NCBI RefSeq assembly: GCF_020745735.1
Contig: NC_083435.1
Location: 4,565,905-4,629,904, forward strand
Direction: 5' to 3'
Length of the DNA: 64,000 nucleotides
Origin: Hemiscyllium ocellatum
Taxonomy: Eukaryota
The notes below the pieces were generated by a model. It made no database searches. It was not told the origin of the DNA and saw nothing but the letters and a program-made list of their open reading frames with translations. Shown one piece after another: positions 1 through 13,944 of the stretch; the first letter of the stretch is position 1; every line of letters starts with the position of its first letter. Position numbers and translations under genes: made by a program.

Positions 1-832
1 TTCCAACGCACCAAATATTAGTCACATAATAAGATCACTTCCAAAGTTGAGCCTCCATCATTTGCAATCTATTAATACAAGATCCTGTAATTCTGCCAAT
101 TTAATCGGGTTTGTCTAGCTCAACCACCCAGTGTTTGGAACTCCTGTCCTGTGTTTCAGCTATCAAACAAGCCTCTGAATGGGCACATGGCTCTCAGCTA
201 GCTGTTAAAATTGTAAAACAGGTAAGGTATTGAGCTATATGGGTAATATCCCAACTTCGTTGCTCAGCACAATTCTGGAAAAATGTGACAAATCAAATCA
301 TTCTTCAAGTCTGATGCAAGTTCAAAAGGGACTAAGAATACAGATTTTCAAACAGATTGCAAAACCAAAAAACAGTTCCAAACAATTTTAAGAGATGAAA
401 TCAAAAGGAAAGAAATTGACATTGGTCACACCGGAACTCCGGGAAAGCTAGTTGAAATTCACACGCAGGAAATGATGCACTTTCCTGATTCAATCAGGGA
501 TTGAAAGAACAGCACTGGATACCACTGCTATCCTGACTCAGCTACATCACTGTGCAATAGGACAGGGGTAGAAGAGAGAGAAAAGCACAACTATGTCCTT
601 TCTGTGGCAATGTAACATGGTTGAGACGAGGCCTAATCTACCTGATACCTCATAAGAGAAAAAAAGAGAAAGGAATAAACACAACCAATTTACTGACAAT
701 GATGTATAAATAGAAATTTGATTCAATTTCACTTTCTGGTTTGGTACTTGGCAGCTGAGTTTCAGTATAAGTTCCCGAACTGGTGCGTTCCATCCTGTTC
801 GTTCCCGATAGCGTCCACACTGCAGTTTAATC

Positions 833-958
833 TCACTGCTTCTGCTGCATGGCTTCTTTCCTTGCCGCATCCTGCAGCAGCTGGGTGTCCACCTCATCAG
901 CTGGGAGTTGTACATAACGCACTACTGAGCCCCGGATAAAGCAGTTCTTCACAGAGAG
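833..958 (-). CDS. LSM2: LSM2 last coding exon (LSVKNCFIRG...AMQQKQ*)
   Basis: Acceptor cccag at 959-963 on minus; TGA at 833-835. Confidence 0.97.
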   Translation of the reverse strand, partial: LSVKNCFIRGSVVRYVQLPADEVDTQLLQDAARKEAMQQKQ

Positions 959-3900
959 CTGGGAAGAGGAATATTTGGCATTAATGCTGGTAAGTGTAGG
1001 GCAGATGATCAGTTGGATTACTTAAATAGGGACACGGTTCCAGACGCTTTCTGCATACCACTCATCCAGACAATTTGCAAGGAAAAAAAGTGTAAAGTCT
1101 AAATCAGGAGTCTCCCCTCATACAGTACTTAAATAGTTCTCTCGCTGAGGTGACAATTCTTATAAATTGCCTTGTCCGTCTTACATGGTTCCAGACCCAT
1201 ATCAATATGGTTGACTCTTAACCACCCTCTCGGCAAACAGAGATGGGAAATAAATGCAGGCCCAGCCAATGTAGCCCACATTCCACGAGTATATATAAAA
1301 AGAAATAAAACACTTTAATTTGAAAAAAAATCCCCATTTTTGAACTCTATTTTCTTTTGTATGTCAATTAGGTTAATGGGCTGAAAAGTGGCAAATGGAG
1401 TTTAATTGTTTAATAAGAGTGAGGTACTGAATTTTGGCATTACAAACAAAAACTTATAGATATAGAATCAGCCCAACAAGTCCACACCGACCCTCCAAAC
1501 AGTAACCCATCCAGACCCATTCCCCTATATTTATCACTGACTAATACACCTAACCTACACATCCCTGAACACTATGGGCAATTCAGCATGGCCAATTCAC
1601 CTTATACAATAAAAAGTTGGTCTTCTGTACTGTTGCAGAACAGAGAGACCTAGGGACTCAAATACACAATTTTTTGAAGTTTTCATCACGCATAGCTAAG
1701 GCACTTCGCACTTTGCCCTTCATTGCTCAGATCTTTGAGTAAAGGAGTTGGGATGTTATATTAAAGTTGTACGGGATGTTGGTGAAGCCTCTTCTGTATT
1801 ACTGTGTCCAGTTCTGTTCTCCCTGTTATAGGAAAGACATCATGAAGCTGGAGAGGATTCAGTCTCTTCTTAACAGCACCTTGCCGGGAAGGGAGGGATT
1901 GAGTTATAAAGACAGGCTGGGATTTTTTCCACTGGGGCATTGGAGATTGAGAAGGGAATTTGTGAAGGTTTATAAAATCATGAGGGGTAGAGAGAAAGTG
2001 AATGGCTGGTGTCATTTCCCTAGGGTGCAGGATTTCAAGACAAGGGGATTTTTTTTTAAACAAGAGAGAAAAAAATTTAAGACAGACATGAGGGGCAATT
2101 TGTTTTTTTAAACACAGGATTATTTGTGTGTGGAATGAACTTCCACAGGAAGTGGTGGTTATGGGTACAATCACAACATTTAGAAACCATTTAGGTAAGT
2201 ACGTGAATAAGAAATGTGTGGAGAGATATGGACCAGGCTCAGATAGGTGGGACTAGTTTCCATTGGGATTATGGACAGCACGGACGGGTGGGACTAAAGG
2301 ATCTGTGTCTGTGCTGTCTGTGTAACAATGCAAGATAAAAAGCTTTGACTATATCTTTTTTTCCAGCAACACTCGAGGTCAAAACTACTGAACAATGATC
2401 ATTTAAAAGGAAACAAGTGCCATTTCAATAACAACGCTCTCTCCCCCTAAATCTCTGCAACTTTCAGGAGCCTTTATAATGTTAAGGACGCTTTTACAGA
2501 TCCACCTCTTCCTTTCACCCAACTCACTTGATTGCCATCTCTGCACCTGACTTTCTTTTACCATAGACGGTGCCAGAAATCAGGAGAAAGACCCCCAGGT
2601 CCCAGCCACCACTTACACCCTTCTGTTGTCAGCTCGACTCTGACCACTCGAGTGAAACTTTAATGGAATGCAGTTCCCGCAGGAGGCTCAACAAATGTGC
2701 ACAGCACTCACCATGTGTGGATATTTCTCTGGGTCAGTGACACTTATGTCTGTCAGCTTGATGTTTAGGTACTGAAAGAATAAAGAGATAGTGAAAACAT
2801 CCTGCAATAAAAGACTTCCAGATCATTCGGGGAGACAGAAATACTTCTGGCACAGAAATTGGCCGTTCAGCCCAATGCTTAAAGCATGCTTGACTTTCAG
2901 TTGGGTTCAGTAAATAAATAACACTTTCACAGTACCCATGGAAATAACAAACAGGAGAAGTACACCATATGATATACCAAGCATGCTCTCCTATACAATC
3001 CGACTGTGGCTGATTGTCAATTTCAACTCCACTTTCCCACACACTCCCCAGATCCCGCAATCCTCCATCATAACAAATTCCGGCTTATCAAATTTTAATA
3101 CATTTAACATTGGATTATTTTCTGGGGTGGACAATCATGATGATTTACAACCCTTGAGTGAAGACATTCCTCATCTCAGTGGCACACAATCAGATCCACA
3201 TCGCCTGAATTCAAAGATCCCCAGCCCAGAGGAAGCAACCATTGTGTCCTCCCTGTCAAACCCCTTCAGAATTTTGTAGATTTCTATCTCATTCTAGAAC
3301 CCAGATTTTTCAAACCCACTTTAGACATGCTGACAGGACAGGGCAAGGCATATCAGTTATCCAAGGGGATCAGTAACAAACATCTGCAACGTGGACAATG
3401 CTTCCCTCCCAGGCAAACATGAGGACATGTTTGACGAGATGGTCAGTAGCATATACGGGATTAAACATTACTTTTCAAAAAAAATAGGCATTTGGGAAAT
3501 ACAGGTTAAATCCAGGTTGGAATCAAGCATCAAACTCAAGGGAATTAACAGTCACACACTCAACACTTGCCCTGGTGTGTAGCTTGGAGGTTGTTTTACA
3601 CAGTGTTGAAGTTTAATGAAGCTGTATCTCAGTGTTAACTCACTGCCAAGAAATGCAACTCTCACCTGATCAACTGAGTGCAGTGTTCCACAGATACTAA
3701 AAATAAATGAGAGGAAGAAAACATATTATGTTTGCTTTAGAGTTTATTTATCACCATTCTTTCCAAATATACAACACAGCCTCCCACCCTCAGTCTTAAA
3801 AATATTCACAACACAAACCACAACACAAACAAGTAATTCACCTCGATTAGTCCAACAGAGTGCCCTGCCCCACAGAAGCCTCCTTCCTGTCACAATACAT

Positions 3901-6900
3901 TCCACATCAAATCACACACTGGGCAGTAAGGAAGCCATTTCGCTCAAATTCCATACTGGATGAACAAATTACCATCTTACATTGACACCCTATCGTCATA
4001 GTCCGATTAATTAAACCAAAGTGCTGGTGATAAAGGCAACTAAAACTTACCAGAGAAACATGCACAGTCAGGCAGTTACAACCAAATACCATCTGCACCA
4101 AAATTAGATTACTTACAGTGTGGAAACAGGCCCTTCGGCCCAACAAGTCCACACTGACCCGCCGAAGCGCAACCCACCCATACCCCTACATTTACTCCTT
4201 ACCTAACACTATGGGCAATTTAGAATGGCCAATTCACCTGACCCGCACATCTTTGGACTGTGGGAGGAAACCGGAGCACCCGGAGGAAACCCACGCAGAC
4301 ACGGGGAGAACGTGCAAACTCCACACAGTCAGTCGCCTGAGTCGGGAATTGAACCCGGGTCTCCAGGCGCTGTGAGGCAGCAGTGCTAACCACTGTGCCA
4401 CCGTGAAATTTGAGAATGTTGGGAACACTCAGGCAGCAGTGGAGACAAAAACAATTCATGGTGCAGACCAGAGACAACTTTTCAGAAAGAAAGAGCATCA
4501 ACTTTCCTTATTTAAATGTGTCATGCAAGCACAAACAAAACCAGTTCCAAAGAAGAGTCACAATGGACTCAGAAAACACAAAAATAGCTATCGGCTTTGA
4601 GCCTGCTCCACCATTCAAAATTATCACAGCTGATCAGCCAACTCAGTACCCTGTTCCATCTTTCTCCCATTCCATTTGATACTTTTAGTCCAATGAACTG
4701 CATCTACATCTTTATTGAAAGTCTTCAATGCTTTTAACCTCAGTTTCACGTGACAGAGAACTTCACAGGCTCACCATCAAGTAAAGACATTCCTCAATTC
4801 TGTCCTGAAAGGCCTAACCCTGATCTTTAGAGTCAGTCTGTACTTTCTCAATAGCCGGATCATCCTTCCACAGATCAGGCGGCCAAAACAGCACACATGA
4901 CTCCAGGTGTGTTTTTAACAATGCCCTGCACAGTTACAGCAAGTCATCCCTGCATCTGTATTATGAAGGCCAAGTGGATTCAAGGTGACACCAACACTCT
5001 GTGACCCTTTGCAAATTTCCTACAGATCGGACTCAAACATTTCTTATAATAGTTGTACACTTACAAATTTAAATTCTAAATGTACAACAATTACTAATAA
5101 TGTTCTAAGGCTTTTTGATCTGTACATCCTTACTTACAATGATCAGACTGCACTGCCAATAAACTAAGCTTTTCACTGTACTTCTGATTTATGTATTGTC
5201 GCATGTACAATGAAAACATTTTGCCTTTGTCAGCGCCTGCTGCACCTGCAGGCTTACTTTCAGCAACTAGTGTACAAGGCTGCCCAGGGCTTGTTGCACA
5301 ATTTTCCTTTCCCAATCTAATCACTATTCAAATAATCATCTGCACGTCTGTTTTTGCGATGGAGTGGACAACCTCACATTTATCCATATTATACAGCATC
5401 TGCTAATATTTTGCACTTATCCAAGACAAATTGAAGCTTCACCTCATCTAAATCACCAATATATATCATGAAAAGCTGGGGTCCAAGCACTGATCCCTGT
5501 GGTAGCCCACCAGTCACTGCCTGACATTCAAAAACAAAAACCCAATTATTCCTGCACTGATCGCCTTCTGCCAACTGCTTCTGTCTGTTTCATAGATTAC
5601 TCCAATCCCACACTTTAATTTTGCATCTATTATGCAGGACCTTACTGACAGTGTTCTAAAATATTAACTGTTTGTCTCTCCACAGCTGCTGCCAGACTTG
5701 AGTTTCTCCAGCACTTCGTTTTTAAATCTCAGGTATCCAGCATCCACAGGAGTTTGCTTTCATTGTACTGCCAACACCAACTTTTATTGCCTGGTACTTT
5801 CTGTCCTGAGGTGGTAAACTAGCTTTTTGAACCACTACAGTTCAAATGCTATAGATAGACGCACAATGCTGCTTTGCTTTTTTTGGTGTGGGGGGGGCTG
5901 TTAATTTTAAGATTTTGACCCAGCAATAATGAAAGAATAGCAAAATATTCCCAAGTCAGGACGGTAAGTGGCTTGAAAGGGAACTTGCAGGTTGTGTCGT
6001 TCTTACATTGCTGCCTTTGTCATTCGAGATGGTGAAGGTCATGAGTTGGATGGTGCTGTCTAAAGGATCTTTGGTGAATTGCTCCAGTGGATCTCTTAGA
6101 TGGCACCCACTCATGAGTACAGGTGGAGGAGGGAGTGCATGTAGTGTCAATTAAGTTGACTGCATTATCCTGGATAGCACCAAGTTTCTAGCATCAGATG
6201 GATCAGCACTTCTTCATGAAGACAATTTTGAGGAAACACTTGAGGTGGCAAGTGTGCAGAATATGCAAAGATTCCAATGGCCACAGCTGATTCCATAGCA
6301 CCACTACTGACTGAGATGGCCAAGATCTAAAGGCCTGTGTTGGGTTGTGACAGAACTGAAGAAAGGGGGAAAGACATACTTGACCTTACCTTCACCAATC
6401 TGCCTGCTGCAAATACTTCTGCTCATCACAGTTTTGGTAAGAGTGGGCACCACATGGTTCTTAAAGAGACAAAGTCCCGTCTTCACTGTGAAGATGACCT
6501 CCACTGTATTGCGGGACATTACTACTGTGCTGAATGGGATAGATTTCGAACAGAACAAGCAGCTCAAGACTGGGCCTCCATGAAGGACTATGGGCCATCA
6601 GCAGCAACAGAATTGCATTCAATCACAATCTGCAACCTCACAGCTCAGAGTCCGCACTCCATCAACATCAAGTGAGGAAATCAACCCTGGTTTAAAGATA
6701 TAACTCTTTGACTAAGACTGAAGAATGGTATACCAGAACTATCACTAGATATATCTAAAGCTATGTTGCCAGTCTGGTGAAGGACTACTCAGATACTGAA
6801 CAACGGGAGCAACATGTTAAAGGAATCAACAAATCAGATTGAAGTTAGGATACTGCAGCAAGTATAAGGCCTCCAGATTTACCCAAGCTGGAGTATGACA

Positions 6901-9677
6901 GAGTACACTTGTTTCAATGAATGCACTCAAACAACACAAGCAGCTTGGCACCATCCAGAACAAACTAGCTGGCTTGAGATGCATCACTTTCACCACCTTC
7001 AACATTCACTCCTTTCATTCCTGACACATGGCAAACCATCAGCAAGATGCAGTGTCCTCAGAAACCTTTCAAACACATGACCTTTACCACTTAGAAGGGT
7101 AAGAGCAGCAGACAACCTTAAAATTCCTCACCTTCCAGAGTTGGAAATTTACTACCACTTATTCACTGTCACTTGGTCAAAACCATTGAATTCATGCCTT
7201 AACAGCATCGGGAGTGACCCTACATCACAGGAACTGCAACAGTTCAAGAACTCAACACTAGGTAATGTTGGTCACCAGTAGAAATAGAATTGCATCCAAT
7301 CACAATCTACAACCTCATGGCCCAGCAGAGACCGCATTCCATCAACATCAAGCGAGGAAATCAACCCTGGTTTGAAAATATAACTCTACAACTAAGACTG
7401 AAGGATGGCATACCAGAACTAGCATGAGATATACCTAAAACTACATTGTCAGTCTGGTGAAGGACAACTCACACGTTAAACAATGGAAGCAACATGTAAT
7501 TACTCCAGGTAATAAATGCTGACCTAACATTGTTCACATCCCTTGAATTAAAAAGGTTGAAAAGTCTAATACTAGATTTTCTATTAGTCATCTCTCTCTA
7601 GTCGCAGGGAGTTAATTAATTTTGTTGCAATAGGAGTCCATATTCATAGAATAAAATAAAATCACAGAATCCCTACAGTGCAGATTGTGGTTATTTGGTC
7701 CATCTAGTCTACAACTATTCTCCAGAAATGCTCAAACATCTTGCGAATGTGTAACCTTCAAAATAGCGAAGAAAGGTAAACAGGCACAGACAATATTTTA
7801 TCCATTTTACATTGTCGACATATTTCTCCAAAATACTTGTATTCAGTTATCTGCAGTGTGTGTGTCACTAATGCAGGGGGCAGATCACTACTTTTGATGA
7901 CCACAATCCATCCATATTGATGCACTTACAACCTCAGTGCACTTTCAGATGGTTTCAAACCACAAGTAGGCTTTGCTGCATCTTTAACCCAAATCTGATG
8001 GACTTTAACATCAATCATTCATTGTAATGGTTGGATTGATTTCAATCAATTAAAAAAAGTCTCAAATTAAAATGCAAATACACAATGTTCCAATCACAGT
8101 CAGCACTTCAAACATTACTCCTAAGAGCTTCTCCCAAATGCACTTTTTCTTTGGACTGAGGACCTTCATTTATAATATAAGAGATGACTGGACAGATGTT
8201 TAAAAAGAACATTCTGACCTCATACACACTCAGAGCTGAAAATGTGTTGCTGGAAAAGCACAGCAGCAGACAGCATCCAAGGAGCAGGAGAATTGACATT
8301 TCGGGCATGAGCCCTCCCTGAAGAAGGGCTCATGCCCGAAACGTCGATTCTCTGGCTCTTTGGATGCTGCCTGACCTGCTGCGGTTTTCTAGCAACACAT
8401 TTTCAACTCTGATCTCCAGCATCTGCAGTCCTCACTTTCTCCTCATACACACTCATGCAGTATTCCACTGAGCAGTCAAAGGCTGCATTTGTAGCCAAAC
8501 TTATCATGTTATAAATGAAGGCATCAGTTACTGCAATACTCCGGATTCTTTTTGTAGAAAAGAACATCAGTACGGAAGAACGTAGTCACAGCACACACAA
8601 TAACATTACTTCAACTGCCCCACTTCAACCTGCTGGACCAGAACAAGGAGTACTCACCTGAGATCATTCTTTAACTCCACAACAACATCTTTCCCAACCA
8701 GGGATTTGAAAAATGAATAAAACAACTGAAACATAAAAATAAAAGAATCAGCTCTTACACAATCTCAGCAGTTTAATTTTAAACTTAGTTGGATCATGTC
8801 AAATCTCAACAACTTCCTACTCTTGACCGAGTCAAATTCTTTAAAAGGGATGTGGGCATCACAAGTATGGCCAGTTTGTGAATACTTCCCCCAGTCCCAC
8901 TTTACTCCACCACCTCTCTTTTTCCCTCCTCTCCCTCTCCCCCAGCCCTCTTATTCACTACCCTGCATTCTCTCTCGCTTTTTCCCTCCTCTCCTTCCCC
9001 TCCCCCTCTCTCCCCAACTCCCCATCCTCTCTCCCCTCCCTCTCTTTCTCCCTCTCTCCTCCTTTTCTCCCATACCCCTTCCTCTGCCCCCTCTCCCACC
9101 CTCTCTCTCCCCCGTTCCCTCCCTCTCTCTCTCCCCTTCCCCTCTCCCCCCTTCCCTCCCCCTCTCTTCCCTCCCCCTCTCCCCTCTCTCTCCCCTCCCC
9201 CTCTCTCTTCCCTCCCCCNNNNNNNNNNNNNNNNNNNNNNNNNNNNNNNNNNNNNNNNNNNNNNNNNNNNNNNNNNNNNNNNNNNNNNNNNNNNNNNNNN
9301 NNNNNNNNNNNNNNNNNNNNNNNNNNNNNNNNNNNNNNNNNNNNNNNNNNNNCCGCTCTCTCTCTTCCCTCCCCCTCTCCCCTCCCCCTCTCTCCCCTTC
9401 CCTCCCTCTCTCCCCTTCCCCTCCCCCTCTCCGCTCTCTCTCTTCCCTCCCCCTCTCCCCTTCCCCTCTCTCTCTTCCCCCTCCCCCTCTCCCCCCTCCT
9501 TCTCCATTTCCATCCCACCGCTTCCTCCTGCTGAAACCTGTTGTCACTGGGACAGTCCCCGGATTCGTGGCGGCCTTCTGTTTCCGGAGGAGCCTGCAGT
9601 TGTGTTGGCTGACATGCCCTGTATATTCTCTGTGTGTGTGTGTCCCTATAAGTTTCTAACTCAGTCTCCCTCACCAT
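833..9677 (-). CDS. LSM2: U6 snRNA-associated Sm-like protein LSm2, complete 5-exon gene, 95 aa (coding exons 9675-9677, 8658-8725, 3666-3696, 2712-2771, 833-958)
   Basis: Manual splicing with GT-AG boundaries gives 288 nt: MLFYSFFKSLVGKDVVVELKNDLSICGTLHSVDQYLNIKLTDISVTDPEKYPHMLSVKNCFIRGSVVRYVQLPADEVDTQLLQDAARKEAMQQKQ*, essentially the vertebrate LSM2 sequence; exon phases are consistent. Confidence 0.97.
1370..2320 (+). mobile_element. Degenerate CR1 LINE 3' fragment with internal SINE piece (LSM2 intron 4)
   Basis: WQMEFN, LYYCVQFCSPCYRKD, LRREFVKVYKIMRG motifs of CR1 ORF2 C-terminus. Confidence 0.8.
2712..2771 (-). CDS. LSM2: LSM2 exon 4 (YLNIKLTDISVTDPEKYPHM)
   Basis: ttcag acceptor, gtgagtg donor, 60 nt. 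Confidence 0.97.
3666..3696 (-). CDS. LSM2: LSM2 exon 3 ((S)ICGTLHSVDQ)
   Basis: ttttag acceptor, gtgag donor, 31 nt. Confidence 0.95.
4103..4405 (-). mobile_element. HE1-like tRNA-derived SINE with CR1-type tail
   Basis: A box TGGCACAGTGG, B box GGTTCAATTCC, tail gtttccacactgtaagtaatctaat on minus. Confidence 0.88.
8233..8440. mobile_element. Palindromic Penelope-derived mini-element with hammerhead core
   Basis: Inverted arms; TSD cctcatacacactca (8218-8232 / 8441-8455); CTGAAGA-A-GGGC-TCAT-GCCC-GAAA-CGTC at 8318-8345. Confidence 0.8.
8658..8725 (-). CDS. LSM2: LSM2 exon 2 (LFYSFFKSLVGKDVVVELKNDL(S))
   Basis: ttcag acceptor, gtgagta donor, 68 nt. Confidence 0.97.
8915..9510. repeat. Polypyrimidine (CT-rich) low-complexity minisatellite spanning an assembly gap (N 9219-9352) in LSM2 intron 1
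   Basis: Nearly pure C/T on plus, recurring unit ccgctctctctcttccctccccctctcccc; run of N. Confidence 0.95.
9675..9677 (-). CDS. LSM2: LSM2 exon 1 coding part (ATG only)
   Basis: gccATG immediately followed by gtgagg donor, inside a CpG-rich island. Confidence 0.85.
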
Positions 9678-9900
9678 GGCACCGACAATGACAATGGCCG
9701 CAGCTCCCACTCAAACCCGCGGCGCCTGCGCGAACAGCCAACCGGCCTCGCGAGAGCTCCCAAGCCCCGCCCACTACGTCCGTGCGCAGACGCGTCACCT
9801 GGATCCCCGCCTTCCCTTTGATTGACGGCAGGAGGTGGAGTCGGAAAGGTCACCAGGTCACGGGAACCCCGGAGCGGGCGGGCCGACGTTCCTTCGTCAG
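9678..9900 (-). promoter_or_regulatory. LSM2 CpG-island housekeeping promoter/5'UTR
   Basis: CpG-rich; NRF1-like GCGCCTGCGC (9722-9731), CCTCGCGAGA (BANP/Kaiso-type, 9746-9755), GC box CCCCGCCC (9765-9772), YY1-like GCGGCCATT on minus near 9695; no TATA. Confidence 0.7.
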
Positions 9901-10309
9901 GAGTGTGCAGGTGGAAAGGGCGCTGAGAGAGGGGAGAGGAGATGTAGGCAGCGGTTGTCCTGCTCTAGTCCAAGTTGTGATGATCTGAATGTAGCCTGGA
10001 GGCCAAGGGGGGAGAAGTCGGTTCCTTGGGCAGGTGCTGAGGAAGGAGTCATGGATGTACTAGTGGGTCTGCTTCAGGAAGTGATTGAAGAGCCTCAGGG
10101 CAGAGGGGATCACCTGGGGAGTGCAGTGGGAGAGAACTCCCTAAGATCCTTGTGGAGGCAGAAGGAGAAGTTCTTCAAAGTGGGCGTCCTTGGAAGAGGT
10201 TTTGCGGTAAGGTTTTCAGCATCTAGGAGAAAGTGAGGAATGCAGATGCTGGAGAGGCAGAATCAAAAAGAGAGTGGTACTGGAAAAGCACAGCAGGCCA
10301 GGGAGCATC

Positions 10310-13300
10310 TGAGGGACCATAGTTCTATTAGGCTTAAAATAGTGATGGAAAAGGATAGACCAGGTATAAAAGTTGAAGTTCTAAACTGGAGAAAGGCTAG
10401 TTTTGATAGTATTAGGCAAGAACTTTCAAAAGCTAATTGGGGGGAGAGTTTGCAGATAAAGGGACAGCTGGAAAATGGGAAGCTTTAAGAAATGAGATAA
10501 TGAGTACAGAGAGAGTATATTCTTGTTAGGGTGAAAGGAAAGGTTGGTAGGTGTAGGGAATGCTGGATGACTAAAGAAATTGAGGGTTTGGTGAAGAAAA
10601 AGAAGGAAGCATATGTCAATATAGATCAAATGAATCCTTAGGAGAGTATAAAGCAGGAGGAGTATACTTAAGAAGGAAATCAGGAGAGCAAAAAGGGGAC
10701 ATGAGATAGATTAGATTACTTAGTGTGGAAACAGGCCCTTCGGCCCAACAAGTCCACACAGACCCGCCAAAGCACCCAGACCCATTCCCCTACATTTACC
10801 CCTTCACCTAACACTACGGGCAATTTAGCATGGCCAATTCACCTAACCTGCACATCTTTGGATTGTGGGAGGAAACCAGAGCACCCGGAGGAAACCAACG
10901 CAGACACGGGGAGAATGTGCAAACTCCACAAAGATAGTCACCTGAGACAGGAATTGAACCTGGGTTTCTGGCGCTGAGGCAGCAGTGCTAACCACTGCTC
11001 CACCACTTAAAGATAGCTTTAATTTAAATAGAGTTAAGGAGAATCCAAATACATTAAGGACATAAGGGTAAGTAGGGAGAGAATACGGCCCCTCAAAGAT
11101 CATCAAGGTGGCCTTTGTGGGGAGCCGCAGGAGATGAGGGAGATACTAATCAAGTATTTTGCATTAGTGTTTACTGTGGAAAAGGACATGGAAGATATAG
11201 AATGTAGGGAAATAGATGGTGACATCCTGAAAAATGTCCATCTTATAGAGGAAGAAGTGCTGGATGTCTTGAAACACGTAAATGTGGATAAGACCCCAGG
11301 ACCCAATCAGAACTATGTGGAAAGCTAGGGAAGTGATTGCTGGGCCCCTTGCTCAGATATTTCTATCATTGATCGTCACAGGTGAGTTGCTGGATGACTA
11401 GAGGTTGGCTAACGTGGTAGCACTGTTTAAGAAGGGTGTTAAGTACAAGCCAGGGAACTATAGACCAGTGAGCCTGATGTCGGTGATAGGCAAGTTGTTG
11501 GAGGGAATCTTGAGGGACAGGATGTACATACCTATGTGGTTGGAAAGGCAAGGACTTATTAGGGATAGTCAACATGGCTTTGTGAGTGGGAAGTCATGTC
11601 TCATAAACTTGATTGAGTTTTTTGAAGAAGTAACAAAGAGGATTGACGAGGGCAGAGTGGTGGACAAGATCTAAATGGACTTCGTTAAGGCATTTGACAA
11701 TGTTCCCCATAGCAGACTGGTTAGCAAGGTTAGATCTCATGAATACAGGGAAAACCAGCAATTTGGATGCAGAACTGGCTCAAAGGTACAAGACAGACAG
11801 TAATGATGGAGGGTGGTTTTTCAGACTGGAGGCCTATGACCAGTGGAGTGCCACAAGGATCGGTGCTGGGTCCACTACTTTTCATCATTTATATAAATGA
11901 CTTGGATGCGAGCATATGAGGTATAGTTAGTAAGTTTGCAGATGACACCAAAATTGGAGGTGTAGTGGACAGTGAAGAAGGTTACCTCAGATTACAACAG
12001 GATCTTGATCAGGTGGTCCAAAGGGCTGAGAAATGGCAGATGGAATTTAATTAATGTGAGGTGCTGCATTTTGGGAAAGCAAATCTTAGTAGGACTTATA
12101 CACTTAGAAAGTCATGAGGGGCATGGATAGGATAGATAGACAAAGTCTCTTCCCTGGCGTGGGGGATTGCAGAACTAGAGGGTGAGAGGGGAAAGATATA
12201 AAAGAGACCTAAGGGGCAACCTTTTCATGCAGAGGGTGGTATGTGTTTGGAATGAGCTGCCAGAGGAAGTGGTGGAGGGGTATATGAATAGGAAGGGTTT
12301 GGAGGAATATGGGCTGGGTGCTGGCAGGTGGGACTAGTTTAGATTCAGATTATGGTCAGCATTAACTGTATGGACCGAATGGTCTGATTCTGTCCTGTAT
12401 GAATATATATGCAGTGAGAATTGTGAAGAACATGGTTATGGTGAACTCACTGCATGCAGAGGTGGTGGGAGCAGAAATGATGAATGGTTTCAAAGAGCTT
12501 TGAGAGGATCTTCATGCATTTGGAAAGATAAGAACTGATTAGGGATAGTCAGCATGGTTTCTTTATGGGAAATTGTGTCTCACAAACTTGATGTGAGTTT
12601 TTGAGTTCTTTGATGACAAGGAAACTACATGAAGTTAGAGTGGTGGACGTTGTCTACATGGACTTTAGCAAGGCTTTCAACAAGATTCCACATGGTAGAC
12701 TGGTCAGATCACATGGGATCCAGGGACAACTAGCCAATTGGATACAAAATTGGCTTGAAGGTAGGAGATAGAGAGTGGTGATATAAAGTTGTTGTTCAGA
12801 CTGGAGGCCTGTGACCAGCAGTGTGCCGCAAGGATCAGTAGCTGGGTCCACTATTGTTGATCAATTATGTAAACAATTTGGATGGGATTTTTGGATGCAT
12901 AGTTAGTAAGTTTAGCAGATGACACCAAAATTGGTGGTATAGTGTTAAAAGTCACAACACCAGGTTATTGTCCAACAGATTTACTTGGAAGTACAAACTT
13001 TTGGATTGCTGCTAGTTGTAGTGGTATAGTGGACAGACAGAAAGGTTATCTAAGATCACAACAGGACCTTGTTCAATTGGGCCAGTGTACCGAGGAATAG
13101 TGGATGGAGTTTAATTTAGAATAAACATCAGGTTCTGGACTTTGTTTAGACAGGACTTATACAATTAATGTTAGGGCCCTGGGAAATGTAGTTGAACAGA
13201 AAGACATAGAGATACAGGTGTATAGTTCCTTGAAAGTGCTGTCACAGGCAGACAGTATAGTGAAGGAGGCATTTGACACACATGCCTTCATTGGTCAGAG

Positions 13301-13530
13301 CATTGAGTGCAGAAGTTCAGATGTCACATTATGGCTGTTCAAGAAATTGGTAAGGCCACAGTTTGGAGTACCGCATACAATTCTGGTTGCTCTGCGATAG
13401 AGATTTACAAGGCTGTTACTGAGACTGAAGAGTTTGAATTATAAAAAGAGAGGCTGGGATCTTTTCTCTGAAGAGTCAGAGGCTGACAAGTGACCTGACA
13501 CAGGTTTATAAAATCATAAGCATAGATAAA
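10310..13530 (+). mobile_element. Two degenerate CR1 LINE fragments (10310-12400 and 12500-13530) with nested insertions
   Basis: [39 protein letters not shown] motifs with stops and frameshifts. Confidence 0.85.
10710..11007 (-). mobile_element. HE1-like SINE inserted into CR1
   Basis: Homologous to 4103-4405; flanked by agatag duplication. Confidence 0.85.
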
Positions 13531-13944
13531 GACGATTTTTAAAATTACAAAATGGGGTGAAAGGCCCCATCAGTGTCTGTATTGATCCTAATTAAAAGGG
13601 GAATTGCCTAGTCTTCACCTTGCATTCAGCTTCACAAGACCAGTGCATTTAATCTCTTCCATCATATCACAGGCACCCTACTTGTTCTTTCCTCCAATCT
13701 CCCCTTGCTGTCTCTGCACTTGCATTGAATTTGTTGCATCTCTAACTTTGTCCAGCACAAGATGAAGAGTCATCAACATGAATTATTAACTTTGTTTCAC
13801 TCATTGAGTCAGTAAAGCACAGAAGCCAACCATTCCATCCACTTAATCCACATTAGCTCTCTGTACAACAGCTTTATCAGTCCTAATACCATGATTTATT
13901 CTGGTAGTCCTGCAGGTATATTTCTCTCAAGTGTCCATACAATT

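Noticed and set aside
547-915. 122-aa ORF-track ORF on minus
   Set aside because: Wrong frame of LSM2 exon 5 plus 3'UTR.
8796-9710. Pro/Ser/Leu- and Gly/Glu/Arg-rich ORFs of 200-290 aa
   Set aside because: Translations of the CT-rich repeat across the N gap; not genes.
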